Shown: positions 13,165 through 24,461 of the stretch, piece after piece
How positions within the stretch are numbered: position 1 is the first letter of the stretch
How the letters are laid out: each line of letters opens with the position of its first letter
Assembly: GCA_010093705.1 (NCBI GenBank)
Contig: MU006100.1
Span: 284,745-348,744, forward strand
DNA from: Patellaria atrata CBS 101060
Lineage: Eukaryota
DNA: 64,000 bases
Direction: 5' to 3'
Made by a program: the position numbers and the translations under genes
The notes under the pieces: model-generated
The model's input: only the letters and a program-made list of their open reading frames with translations
What the model was told of the DNA's origin: nothing
Databases searched by the model: none

Positions 13165-14799
13165 TTAATAATCAAACCTATCCGGCAACACAACCGGCGC
13201 AACTAAACTCCACCCAAAAATAATATAACACACCCACGAACTCACAATCTTCGCCCAACTCGCCCAATATGTCCTCCCCACTGGGACAAACTGCTCGCCT
13301 TCATGGTTCGTCTTGTCACTGCCAACATTCATAGTTAACAGTGTCGCGACCCACGCCGTTGAGAGGAGGAAAATGACGTGGAAAAGCGAATAGTTGTATT
13401 GCGTTGCGGTCCTCTCGTCATCTGGGATTTTCTTCGCGCTCGTTCCGTCGTCAGACTCATCGTCTGAGTCTGAGTCGTCGAGGGCGGATGCGGGGAGTGA
13501 GCCCGATTCTACGGCTGCGCGGAGAGCTGCTTGGCGTAGCTCACGACGGGAAGAGGGTTGCGTGGTTACGAGGCCGTGCTCGTAGTCTTCGGTACCTAAC
13601 GCGACGTAGTTCCCATTCCCAGAGGAACCTTGGGCACCAAGAGCGAGACCATAGGTAGCAGCGCGGGTAGTAGTGTAGGCAACAGTGACGAAGGTGACAA
13701 TGGCCCCCAGGATGATTGTTGCGCGGCGAGTGCCCCGAGCCCGTACGAGCGGATTGCAGTGCTGATCATCAGGCTCCATGGCCACAGCGGACATGGTTAG
13801 GTAGGTACAGTACACGGCGACCATAGCGGCTTGAGCGAGACCGGCGCGTGGGTTGGATGCTTGGATGGTAGGGTGGATAGAAAGGATAGAGATGCCGATG
13901 AGGAGAAGAAGATTGATCTAAGTGGGATGTGAGTAAGAATAGTGGATAGATAGGAATGGGGTGAAGTATTTTACCGTGATCGCTGCCTGGTTCATGGAGC
14001 ATCCGCTATGCGCAAAAAAGATGTACATAACGATGGTCATAGCCAGGGAGGCGACGTACATGGCTCCTGTAGATCCTAGGAGAAGATACATCCAGACATT
14101 CGATCCCTCATTTTCAATCTTTTCCTGGCAATGTTCCGCAAATGTATGAGCTAGGTCCACGAGGAGTATCAAACCAAGCAGTAAGAATAGTATAGCTCCA
14201 ATCAAGGCGAAGTAGTTGCCCCATGCGACAAAGAAGTTATCTGGAATGAAGAAAGTGACGATGATGAGAGCTATCCAAGCAATTATTTTCGGACCCCAGA
14301 AACCATTTTGAATCGGTGCTCTGCCATCTCTTGAACTTTTAACACCCATAAGTATTATAGCAAGGATGGCGTGAAACGCGCCCAGCGCGAAGTTCATCCT
14401 TTGAACGGCAACGAAACCATAGCATTCTTTTCCAGCGCACTTAACATCGACGTAGTCTAATGTTAGATGTGCTAGCTTCTTCACCGCCCAGTCTGTAAGC
14501 ATTATCCAGGATACTATCGAGTTTACGAGCAAGATCAATGCGTATGCGATTCTGGTGGCCATGCTGCAGACAGAGGGTCAGTATCAGCAGTATCTGAGAG
14601 GGACAGTGGATGCTACCTATTTCTACATTTCCCGCAAGAACTGAATACCGCAGAACAGGTTGCAGCTCCGCAGCATGATGCGGCAAAGGTTCCTATCTAT
14701 ACTTTCCGTTAGTCGATCGATCAGGAAGATCAAGGTATGGGTTCTTACTGTGCCAATGCTGGGGATTGCAAGCAGTGGTAGTGACAATAAAGCGCCCAT
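13165..14799 (-). CDS. TMS1: Serine incorporator (SERINC/TDE) family membrane protein
   Basis: Spliced N-terminus MGALLSLPLLAIPSIGT|IGTFAASCCGAATC; ATRIAYALILL, IQNGFWGPK, LLVDLAH, YNYSLFHVIFLL, WAKIVSSWVCY..WSLVAPVVLPDRF. Confidence 0.93.
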
Positions 14800-15292
14800 A
14801 TCGAACGTTTGGATCGCGATACAACAGTCCAGATACAATGAGTGGAAGTTTGAGGTCTGTTGTTGAGGCTCCGGAGCGGACGTCTAGAGGTGACGACAAT
14901 CAAAAGTCGGCGGCCGCGGTCTTGGCGAAAGCCAGCACTCCTTATCGTCTGTAAATCAGATGGACGACTACTATTTCCCTTAAACTCACAATTGTTCGCA
15001 TTTCGCTCCTTACGGCCTCATATACTCGTCGGACTTGGTGCCTCACACCTTCAAAGTTATTCTGAGGGCAGGCTCCCTATTTATACCATCTCAAGCTCGT
15101 GAAACTACCACCTGATCACACGATGACGATGGTCTAAAGCTACAAAACATCTCCGCGCGATTTTTAACCACGAGGAATAATACCGTCCTACACCCCTCAA
15201 GGTCCGCCATTTATGAGGTTTTGCGGACAATAATATCAAGAGCTCGGAAAAATCCTGGCTTCTCTGTGTGAGGGTCAAGAAGAAAACCGAAG

Positions 15293-17201
15293 ATGGCCGG
15301 GGAAGATACGCATAGGACATTTCGGATACTGTCCGTAATAGCAGCAACACTTATTAGTCTTGCCTGCGGAACAAATGTACGAACAAAAGGATTGATTCTA
15401 GTCCTTACAAAGTTAACAGTACTTAGTATGCATACTCAGCATGGGCACCCCAATTTGCTCGACGGATGCAGCTCTCAGCAACTCAGAGTAACTTAATAGT
15501 AAGGGGTTACGATAATTCCTCAACGGTCTATACTGATGGGATGCTTTCAGGGAAACTTTGGCAACTTCGGCATGTATGCTTCCGGCATACCTGTGGGCCT
15601 TTTAGTCGATTCAAAAGGGCCTAGACCTGCTATTGCTATTGGTGGACTGGCTCTCGGGGCTGGGTATTTCCCCATCCATAGAAGTTCGTAGTGTATATAT
15701 CGAGAATTTATTCTATAGTATTGACAATGTGTAGCATACGACAACGGCCCGGGTTCTATGAGTGTTACTCTATTGTGCTTCTTCTCCTTCTTAACAGGTT
15801 TAGGCAGTTGTTCTGCATTTTCGGCTTGCATCAAAACATGTAAGGGATAATTACCCCTGAATCATCACTTACTGACACAATGAAGCTGCTTCTAACTGGC
15901 AACGCCATCGGGGTACCGCCACAGCCTTTCCTTTGGCAGCATTCGGATTAAGCGCATTTTTCTTTACCAGCGTTTCAGGACTCTTCTTTCCGGAAGACAC
16001 TTCAGATTTTCTCCTCTTTCTATCAATTGGGACGGTCACTCTTGTTGCGGTGTCCTTCCTCTTCATCCGTATAGTACCACACCTCCATCCCCCTTATACC
16101 GCCGTTTCCACATTCGAAGAACGTGCCGGATTGGGCCCCCGCCGGGACTCGAATCAAATGACACGTCCGAAACCTCGGCCTAAGGATTACGGTGCATCCA
16201 GCATAGATCTAGAGCCAGGTAAGAACTTTATACTGTTTGTTCTCCCTTCCACCATCGTATAGATACCAAATATTTTTAGCAGATGACGAAGATTCCAACA
16301 CGGGCATCAGTATCATAGAAAACGCGGATGAGACCTCATCACTCATGTCCAAAGATTCTGGCGGTCCCGGCGACATCTCTCCGGATGACGAAGCGAGACA
16401 TCATGAAGATCTACGCTTACATCGATTAGATATTACCGGCATGGCATTACTTTCTAGGCCTGAGTTTTGGCAGCTTTTCGTAATGCTAGGTCTATTAACT
16501 GGTGTTGGTTTGATGACGATTAAGTAAGAACTTTTCTAATCTAGTCCGTTTCGGAGTATAAAACCAACTCACAATTTTTCAGTAACATTGGGAACGATGC
16601 TCATGCTCTTTGGTCGCATTATGACGATTCTGTCGATCAACGGTTTATCCTCGCTCGTCAACTGCTACACGTATCTACCATCTCTTTCTTCTCCTTTACC
16701 GGCCGTCTCCTTTCGGGTATTTTCTCTGATGTTCTCGTCAAGAAACATCATATGTCTCGCTTCTGGTGTCTCGTCGCTTCTGCTTCAATTTTCACTATCG
16801 CTCAAGTCTGCGCTATGTCTATCGAGAACCCTCACTCGCTTTGGGCTGTCAGTAGTCTCACAGGACTCGCTTACGGTGCATTGTTTGGTGTTTATCCAGC
16901 GCTTGTCGCAGATTCGTTTGGAGTTCCTGGTTTAAGTCTAAACTGGGGTTTTATGACGCTCTCACCAGTCATCAGTGGCAATATTTTCAATCTCGCCTAC
17001 GGTAGTATCTACGATAAACATTCGGTGATCAACCGCGATGGCGAGAGGGAATGTAGCGATGGATTGGAGTGTTACCGAAAGGCTTATTGGGTTACATTCG
17101 CCGCGAGTGTGATAGGTATATTAGTCAGTTTATGGAGCATCAAGCATGAGAGGGATATGAAGAGAAAGGCTCGTCAAGAGTTGGAAGATCACAGAGCATG
17201 A
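15293..17201 (+). CDS. MFS transporter, MCH1/nodulin-like family (multi-exon)
   Basis: Spliced LACGTN|YAYSAWAPQFARRM; GMYASGIPVGLLVDSKGPR; NWQRHRGTATAFPLAAFGLSAFFF; FWQLFVMLGLLTGVGLMTI; GLAYGALFGVYP..NWGFMTLSPVISGNIFNLAYGSIYD. Confidence 0.88.
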
Positions 17202-17948
17202 GCCCAAATCTTTGGAGTGTGGAGTACAGCGGGTATATTGTACATAAGCGGTGTTAGGATGTATAGGATCAAGATAGGAGTGAGAAGCAATTCTAGGCTA
17301 CAGTTGTTTACGGAGCATATTAATATGTAAGTAAAACTAAAAGGTTTCGAAGATCATTCCCCCTGTTCCAATTGACTTTCTCTTCAGTCCTCAGCTAACT
17401 AAATTAGTGTACCTTTTGTCTTGGTTAGTAGATATTCAATTTTTTCCCATAGCTCATTTATATCAACCAAGTAGACCCCGGCTCATCGCTCACCAGTTCG
17501 CAATATGTCATTGAGCTATAGTTGTCCTAATGCTAAGGTTAAATGACGTGGATGAGGTGTGACCAGCATACGTTATTCTGAAGTATTTCCGTTCTGGTTT
17601 GCTTACAAGTGTGATTAGTCTTCAAGCCAAACAATCAGAGGAATACATGATTCCCGGCCTGACACAAAAGATACTAAAGGTTAGACTCGCTCGTGGCACT
17701 TAAGCAACCACTTCCTAGCAGGACCTTCAGAGAAAACGAAGAATCGCAGGCTATAATTAATCATGTGATAGGTCTCGAAGAGGTATCCACTCGTCCTGCT
17801 GTCATTCGCCAACACATAACATACAAGTTTTGCTCAAAGACAGCATGCTCAAGTTGACGATAAATTCCCGTTGAATGAGCATACGAAGGGTCGCCCTCAC
17901 CACCACAATCTCTCTTTCACTCTAAGTTACACCCATAAACAAAACAAA

Positions 17949-18788
17949 ATGTCCGAGAACCCCCACACTCCCCAACCATCCCCCAATCGCCCACTTTCCC
18001 AACCTCACCCCCAACCGCAACCAGGCCCCTCCCAACTTCTATCCGACCGCCGAACAACAGAACCACAAACCTCCCACACCACCCAACCCACAGAGGCAGG
18101 ACCGTCACGATCCCGCGAACACACACCCCCAATTCAAATCGGTCCACCCTACTCCCAAGGCCTCCGCCCCTCCCAATACCTCTTCTCCCACGTCTACCGN
18201 NNNNNNNNNNNNNNNNNNNNNNNNNNNNNNNNNNNNNNNNNNNNNNNNNNNNNNNNNNNNNNNNNNNNNNNNNNNNNNNNNNNNNNNNNNNNNNNNNNNN
18301 NNNNNNNNNNNNNNNNNNNNNNNNNNNNNNNNNNNNNNNNNNNNNNNNNNNNNNNNNNNNNNNNNNNNNNNNNNNNNNNNNNNNNNNNNNNNNNNNNNNN
18401 NNNNNNNNNNNNNNNNNNNNNNNNNNNNNNNNNNNNNNNNNNNNNNNNNNNNNNNNNNNNNNNNNNNNNNNNNNNNNNNNNNNNNNNNNNNNNNNNNNNN
18501 NNNNNNNNNNNNNNNNNNNNNNNNNNNNNNNNNNNNNNNNNNNNNNNNNNNNNNNNNNNNNNNNNNNNNNNNNNNNNNNNNNNNNNNNNNNNNNNNNNNN
18601 NNNNNNNNNNNNNNNNNNNNNNNNNNNNNNNNNNNNNNNNNNNNNNNNNNNNNNNNNNNNNNNNNNNNNNNNNNNNNNNNNNNNNNNNNNNNNNNNNNNN
18701 NNNNNNNNNNNNNNNNNNNNNNNNNNNNNNNNNNNNNNNNNNNNGTTGGATGTGGATAGGAGGGAGTCGTGGGAGGATAGGGTTTGAG
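17949..18788 (+). CDS. Hypothetical Pro/Gln/Thr-rich protein interrupted by a 545-N gap
   Basis: ATG in AAAATG context at 17949, open until the gap (MSENPHTPQPSP...). Frame after the gap is unknown; LDVDRRESWEDRV* ending at 18788 is one plausible end. Confidence 0.4.
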
Positions 18789-18993
18789 GGGGGTTAGTGG
18801 GTGCAGGCGAGATGTTGCATTGGTCTTTGGGGGTTCGTGGTTATTAATCAACTTAATTGAAATTTTGATGTATTGTACAATGAGCGTGTTACACTGGCGA
18901 ACGTAAATCGTTATTCATGATGTGGATTTGCCACTTGCGCCGAATGATGCCATGATTCTATCGCCGTGAGATATCTGACTGATCCTTCTCGCA

Positions 18994-20021
18994 TTACAAT
19001 GCCCATCCAGCCGCGAGTAAAGCGGCTCCGAAAATACCTCCAAGAGCAACTGTTCTATCCGCAGCCGCATCCGTGGGTACCGTTGATGGAGCATTCGTTG
19101 TCTCTGTGCCGAAGACTCCTGGCTCAAGAGTCTCGGAACCGGTCGTGGTAGTGGGCAGAGCAGTTGCTTGCGCAACGCCGATGCCCAGAGTAGTACCTGT
19201 GACCTCAGTTCCCGAAACCGTGGTCGTGTAAACGCTGGATTCAGTAATGGTCGCAGTACATCCTTCCCACGAGACCCAAGGGGGTGCAGTACTCCACGGC
19301 CCATCCGTCCAGCCCGACCATGTGGTATCAGGACAATCACCGCCGCCCCACCACGCAGTCCAGGGTCCAGATGCCCAGTCGCTGTGGCTACTTCCCCATG
19401 GGCCCCAATTATCGTGACCCCAGGGACCCCACCCGCTCTTGGAGGACCATGAACCAGTGTGCGAGTTCCAGGAGCCGGCCCAGGAGCTGTGGTCCCATGG
19501 TCCCCAGCCGGATGAATACTTTGTCGTCCATGATGCGTCGTGTGAACCCCATGGGCCCCAATTACCAGGTCCCCAGTCGCCGTCACTCCATGAGGACGGC
19601 CAGGCGGAGCCGCCAGAAGTCACTGCGAATGTGGCTTGTGGTGCTGCTGTGATTGTAGCACCCGCATTCGCGCAAGCTTGAGCTATGATTTGGTAGAGAC
19701 CTGTCATATATTAGTGGAAGAATGAAGGTGAAGAATCGAAATATCGTACCTGACTTGTCCTCCTCGCTACAATCTGAGTCCTCAATGCATGAGTTTGCGG
19801 TAGCAACAGCAGTCTGATCTGTGCAAAGACCTTCCCATCCATTTCTCCAGTTGTATCCTGAGATGTCAATGCTAGTAAGACATTGAAACTGTTATCATCG
19901 GTGTCAATTGTTATCTCCAATGCCGAGGTGCCAGAGGACTTACTGCGCAACTAGGCAAATCTGCTGTTGCACTCGAAGTGTATAGCACCGCAGCCGCAGC
20001 TACAGCTAGCTGGGCTCTCAT
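18994..20021 (-). CDS. Secreted, predicted GPI-anchored protein with a CFEM-like domain and a Trp/Gly/Ser-rich region (307 aa)
   Basis: Exons 20021-19944, 19888-19750, 19700-18994 join in frame. Signal peptide MRAQLAVAAAAVLYTSSATA, LPSCAFQC...LC...C...C...C domain, WGPW repeats, Thr-rich stalk, hydrophobic C-terminus (ALGGIFGAALLAAGWAL). Confidence 0.85.
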
Positions 20022-22645
20022 GTTACGCAATTTAGCAAACAGGGAGAGGAATGGACTGTAAATTGAAAAAGGGAGATCACTCAAAAGATCTAGGTAATAA
20101 GCATAAGACTGAATGGATATCAACAGCACAAACGAAAAATTAGACCTATCTCAAATTTGTATTACAGCTGGAGGACCACGAGAAATAGATTAAATATGTA
20201 CTGCATTCTCACCGTTGTTTGCCCAGCATGCGTCGTCATCGCAGCCATAGTCCAGTACAGATTTATGTTAGCTTCGGGTCTCCGATGAGGCTGAAAATAC
20301 AACTCCACCAACGAGCTTGATCCCTTTCTCTGAATAGGACTAAGTTGGGGTCTTGGGATCCTTCTTTTGTCCTACTGATGGTGGAGGATCTTCAGAAATT
20401 CGGATTTGATGGTTCGGATGTTGGGTGTATCGGTGATTACCTAAGGCATATGGTGGGGGACCCGATGTCCAGGACGCGCAACACGAAAGGAACTGATATG
20501 AACAACTCCTGATTTGATTCTGACAGCATGCTGTGATGAGCCTATATAATACGAGCTTTGTCTTCAGGTAGAGCTTACTTTTCAGATCCGGATATAGAAG
20601 CATACGACGGCGATGTGTTCGACTTCCAATAGAATTAGCCGTGAACTTCGCCTTGGAATTGACTGACATGCTATTGTAAGTACAGCGCTATCGGGCCAAT
20701 CGCTTCATTGAATAGTTGCTGTGCTAGTTTAGTCATGCATCATCTTCGTAAAGGGATACTGTAGTATAAGGTTGAATTACCTAATTTTTAAAACATCCCA
20801 ACCGGAGTCTGAACGGCCCGAAGACCAGACAACGACCTCATTGAGGGGTTGAGATTCTATCAAAAGTTCAGCATTCCAGTATTTGACTTTGGTTCAGGTT
20901 GATTTAAGTCTATCTTATGTCAGATGTAGCTCTTGAAGACGATTATACAGAGGAAAGAATCACCTTCTACTGCCCTTACTCTCACGGTCTATCCCCCACA
21001 GCTCTAATTACAACCAGGGGGAGAACTTGTACAGTCTTTTGACTCATTAGTAGTTTGTTGAAGCTCGATATGGCAAGTACCATATCCATTTTCCTCTTGA
21101 ATAGGTGTTCACCGCTTCTGTAAAATCTTGATGCTAAAACGAGATGAGAGATCTTCGAAGCTGAGGGGAAGAATACCGTACGTAAAGGAAACCAAGGTCT
21201 TGTCTAGATTCATTGCCTTTCGATATAAAGCAGTCATGACTTAATCTTTAGTTTATCAAAAGTCTTTAAATAAATATATTAAGAAGAAAACGGATCTATC
21301 GAAGAAAACGGAAAGGCTCTACTACACCGGTTGACTCGTGCGGGCTCCTCGACAATCCTACATCGGCTATCGAAGTAAGAGTGATGTGCATATAACCCTC
21401 TAAAATAAATAGAGAATAGGATAGCAAAATAAACTTAAAAAGAGAAAGACGGTGTAAAAAAATGCAAAAGGAAATTTCCTTCGATACGGCCCTCCCCTCC
21501 GCATCGTTCTCAGCTGCTATCCACTGAGACCCCTCCCGCCATTGTTGAAATGGAACCGCCGAGGATTGAACACAGGGCGTTTCGAGAGACCACGTCCAAC
21601 AGAACAAGTTCTGCTGCGGGATAAGAGCTTACCTCTTACCAACTTGACTAAACGTGGATTTGTTAGAATCTACTCGGATCAGATAAAATATAAGGAGCCT
21701 GTTTAAGTTCCCCGTTCGGCGGGTTCACAAACACACCAATTTTATATCTCTTTACACATCGGGACCGGGGCAGGGGCAGTTAAACTGTAGTTACTACTAT
21801 CGTACACTAACACTAATTGATGCAAATCTAATCAAGTTTCACATTCTCTAAACTATATAGGCACCTCTTGACTTAATTCTACTTTATTGCCGCCGTTTGA
21901 TCAGCCATAGAAGTTCAATGTCAGAACTTAAAGCACACCCAGGAAAACCCTCTCAAAACAATTACTAAGGCAATTCATCAACATGCACCATAGATCTACG
22001 ACCCGCTATTCAGTTCTAGAATCATGAAGTATTTTCTATAACATATTTCGATAGCTTTGAAGGCTCACATTTATTAAGCCGCAAAGGTGAGTTCTTTTCG
22101 TGATATGAGCATAATTTCTATAACCTTAGGAAACGGGCTTCCGATCTCCCAGTTGGCATTCTACCATTTTGAAATAAGATGTGGACGATGATCGTTCTCC
22201 ACCGATGGTCTGATCGAGGTTTCAATTCTTCTATTGCATTTCTTGAGGACGGTATGCATCCCGCCGTCATCCAGCTCAGTGATGTATAAACCGCACTTTC
22301 AATCCATATAAAAATATATCTTGCAAATTGGAAGATATTTTTTATCTATGATATTTTATATTAGAAGACTTTCCCATTATGTGGACGTGCTGAAGGACGA
22401 AATCTGATCAACGGTCCACTTTTTACTTCAATAGTCCCTCAATGCGAACCAATTTTCTACGCCGGACTCTCTACTCAAATTGTCTTTCGCCTTTCAGATG
22501 GAGATTTTTAAATGTGTACATAGATAATGGAAGGGTTCAGACGTACCCCGCCCCTTAGCAGGATAGCACTTTCCGGTTTGACACACAAGGAATCAATTTT
22601 ACCCAACACTACATATCTAAAAACTGTTAAATATTCTCTTCTCCT

Positions 22646-24461
22646 ATGAATATCTCCAATATCTCCCTCATGGCTCGTGTGGCACACCAAGAGCCTGATG
22701 TCATTCCTTTGGCCGGCCAGACTATCACCGTAGTCCTATCCCTAATCACGATCGCAGTCCTCTCCGCATGCTTCGGTTCGTAGACACAAATCTTATATAC
22801 GTCACTCCTATAGCTAACTCTTGGGATCTCTCAGTTCGCCGACTTGAAAGAGTGATAACATGGAAAGCACTACCTCTAGCGAATTGGCGTATATCTCGAT
22901 ACCCTTATTACTGTTACTGGACCGCGCCCTAACGCAACACCAGTCATCCTCCTTATCTATATAGATTCTTTCGCCTTCGTTTTCATCACCGCGGTCCTTC
23001 AAGAAGGCGTCGGTGTGAACACTTCCCGAGGTCTTTGCGATGGAGGGATCCTTCTGTGTTAGGACTCTCTTGCAAAACGACTGGCTATTAATGCTGATGG
23101 TGCATATTAGGTCTTGCCTGCTATCTGACAACTAAAGTACGTCTATCCCTTCCCAATTCCTTGGTTGCGTTAAACTAATGACAATAAGGTGGTATGTACA
23201 CTATCTGTAAACTGAAAGCTGAACACTGTTTGTTCTAAATTAAAAGCAGCTCATCTATTTCTTTCTCGTCGAAAAAGCCGTAAGTGCTTCCAAAGTTTCA
23301 TTGTTCCTGTTGATGGGGATCCGACCTAATATCATCCCTCAGTATATAGTCCACGGAAGCCGCAGACCACGCAGGAAAAATGTCCTATTCATGTTCAACG
23401 TGTTCGGAATGCTAGGTAAGCATAAATGTCTCCAGAAATAACTGCACAAAATGTTGATTCGAAATAGTACCCTGTGTGATCCTCATGATTCTCAACTTCA
23501 TCTAGTAAGCTAGCCTCCAGTGATGTCTCGGCTCGACTCTAACCTGCCAGTCGCGTTGCATACCTCAACGAGGAGGGCTTATGCATCATCGGTATGAGGA
23601 AGCTCGCCCTCTTTCCGTTGATCGTATTCGATGTTTTTGTCAACGTGAGCAAACCGTGTGCCCCAAAACCTAACTCCATTAACGCAACCTCACTCACGGG
23701 CTCCAGGTCTACCTCACCGCCCTATTCATACTCCCTATTCGAAGTAAGTCCATGTTCTATCACAAATGTGCCCTACTAACCGGAACCAGGACTGTACTCA
23801 TTCGCTCACAACACAAACCCCGCCCTCCGCAGGATGGCCACCAGAACATTCATCGGGAGCTGTATCACCCTAACCATCACGATTGTCAACCTCTCATCTC
23901 TCGGCGCTCTAGGTGGTGAGCCCGCTTGGATTTGCTTCATGTGCTGTAACGCGGATGGTACCGAACACCTTCATACCTCAATCCGCATCTTCCTTCACTG
24001 ACAAAATCATCTTGCTTCACTGACAAAACAATCCTCCCTCACTGCCAAACCACCCGACATCTTCACGAACAAACCGTAACTTCACTAACCAAACCCCAGT
24101 CCTTATCAGCGTCCTCGCCCTCCACTGGGTCACAACAATCGACTCCCCCTCCTACCCCCGCTCCACGACCTCCCCACCCCACCCCCGCGTCTTCCGAACC
24201 GACGACCCCGACCTCCCCCGCGCCCACAGCCGCGTCAAGTCCGCGCGCTCCGCTGTCATCACCGAGTGTGTCGGGAATCACAGACCGCTGGAAAGAGCCT
24301 CGGCGAAGAACCATATCTCGATGGGCGGGATCCACGTGCGCACGGAGCAGATGCAGACGAGGGAACCGGAGCGCGATGATGCGAGCGAGGTGACTGGAAA
24401 CTGGAACGGGGACGAGGACTCCACAGACGCTATTTTTGGTCCGAGACGGAATACGCGATAG
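22646..24461 (+). CDS. Orphan seven-transmembrane, GPCR-like protein (12 exons, 375 aa)
   Basis: Exons 22646-22775, 22835-22888, 22944-23057, 23111-23136, 23189-23191, 23250-23279, 23343-23415, 23468-23504, 23551-23644, 23707-23743, 23790-23957, 24100-24461; all GT-AG, phases consistent, 1128 nt, no internal stop. Seven hydrophobic segments ending in EPAWICFMCCNADVLISVLALHWVT. Confidence 0.88.
23986..24095 (+). repeat. Degenerate ~22-bp tandem repeat (about 5 copies, core CTTCACTRACAAA) in the last intron of the 7TM gene
   Basis: catcttccttcactgacaaaat / catcttgcttcactgacaaaa / caatcctccctcactgccaaac / ...cttcacgaacaaac / ...cttcactaaccaaac. Confidence 0.8.

Noticed and set aside
18105..18851. 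Long ORFs spanning N gaps (also at 47016-47115 and 57085-57184)
   Set aside because: Length is an artefact of translating Ns.
23058..23110. Apparent in-frame TAG after GILLC in the 7TM gene (pseudogene, readthrough or editing)
   Set aside because: The TAG lies in the donor GTTAGG of a 53-nt intron; splicing restores the frame.
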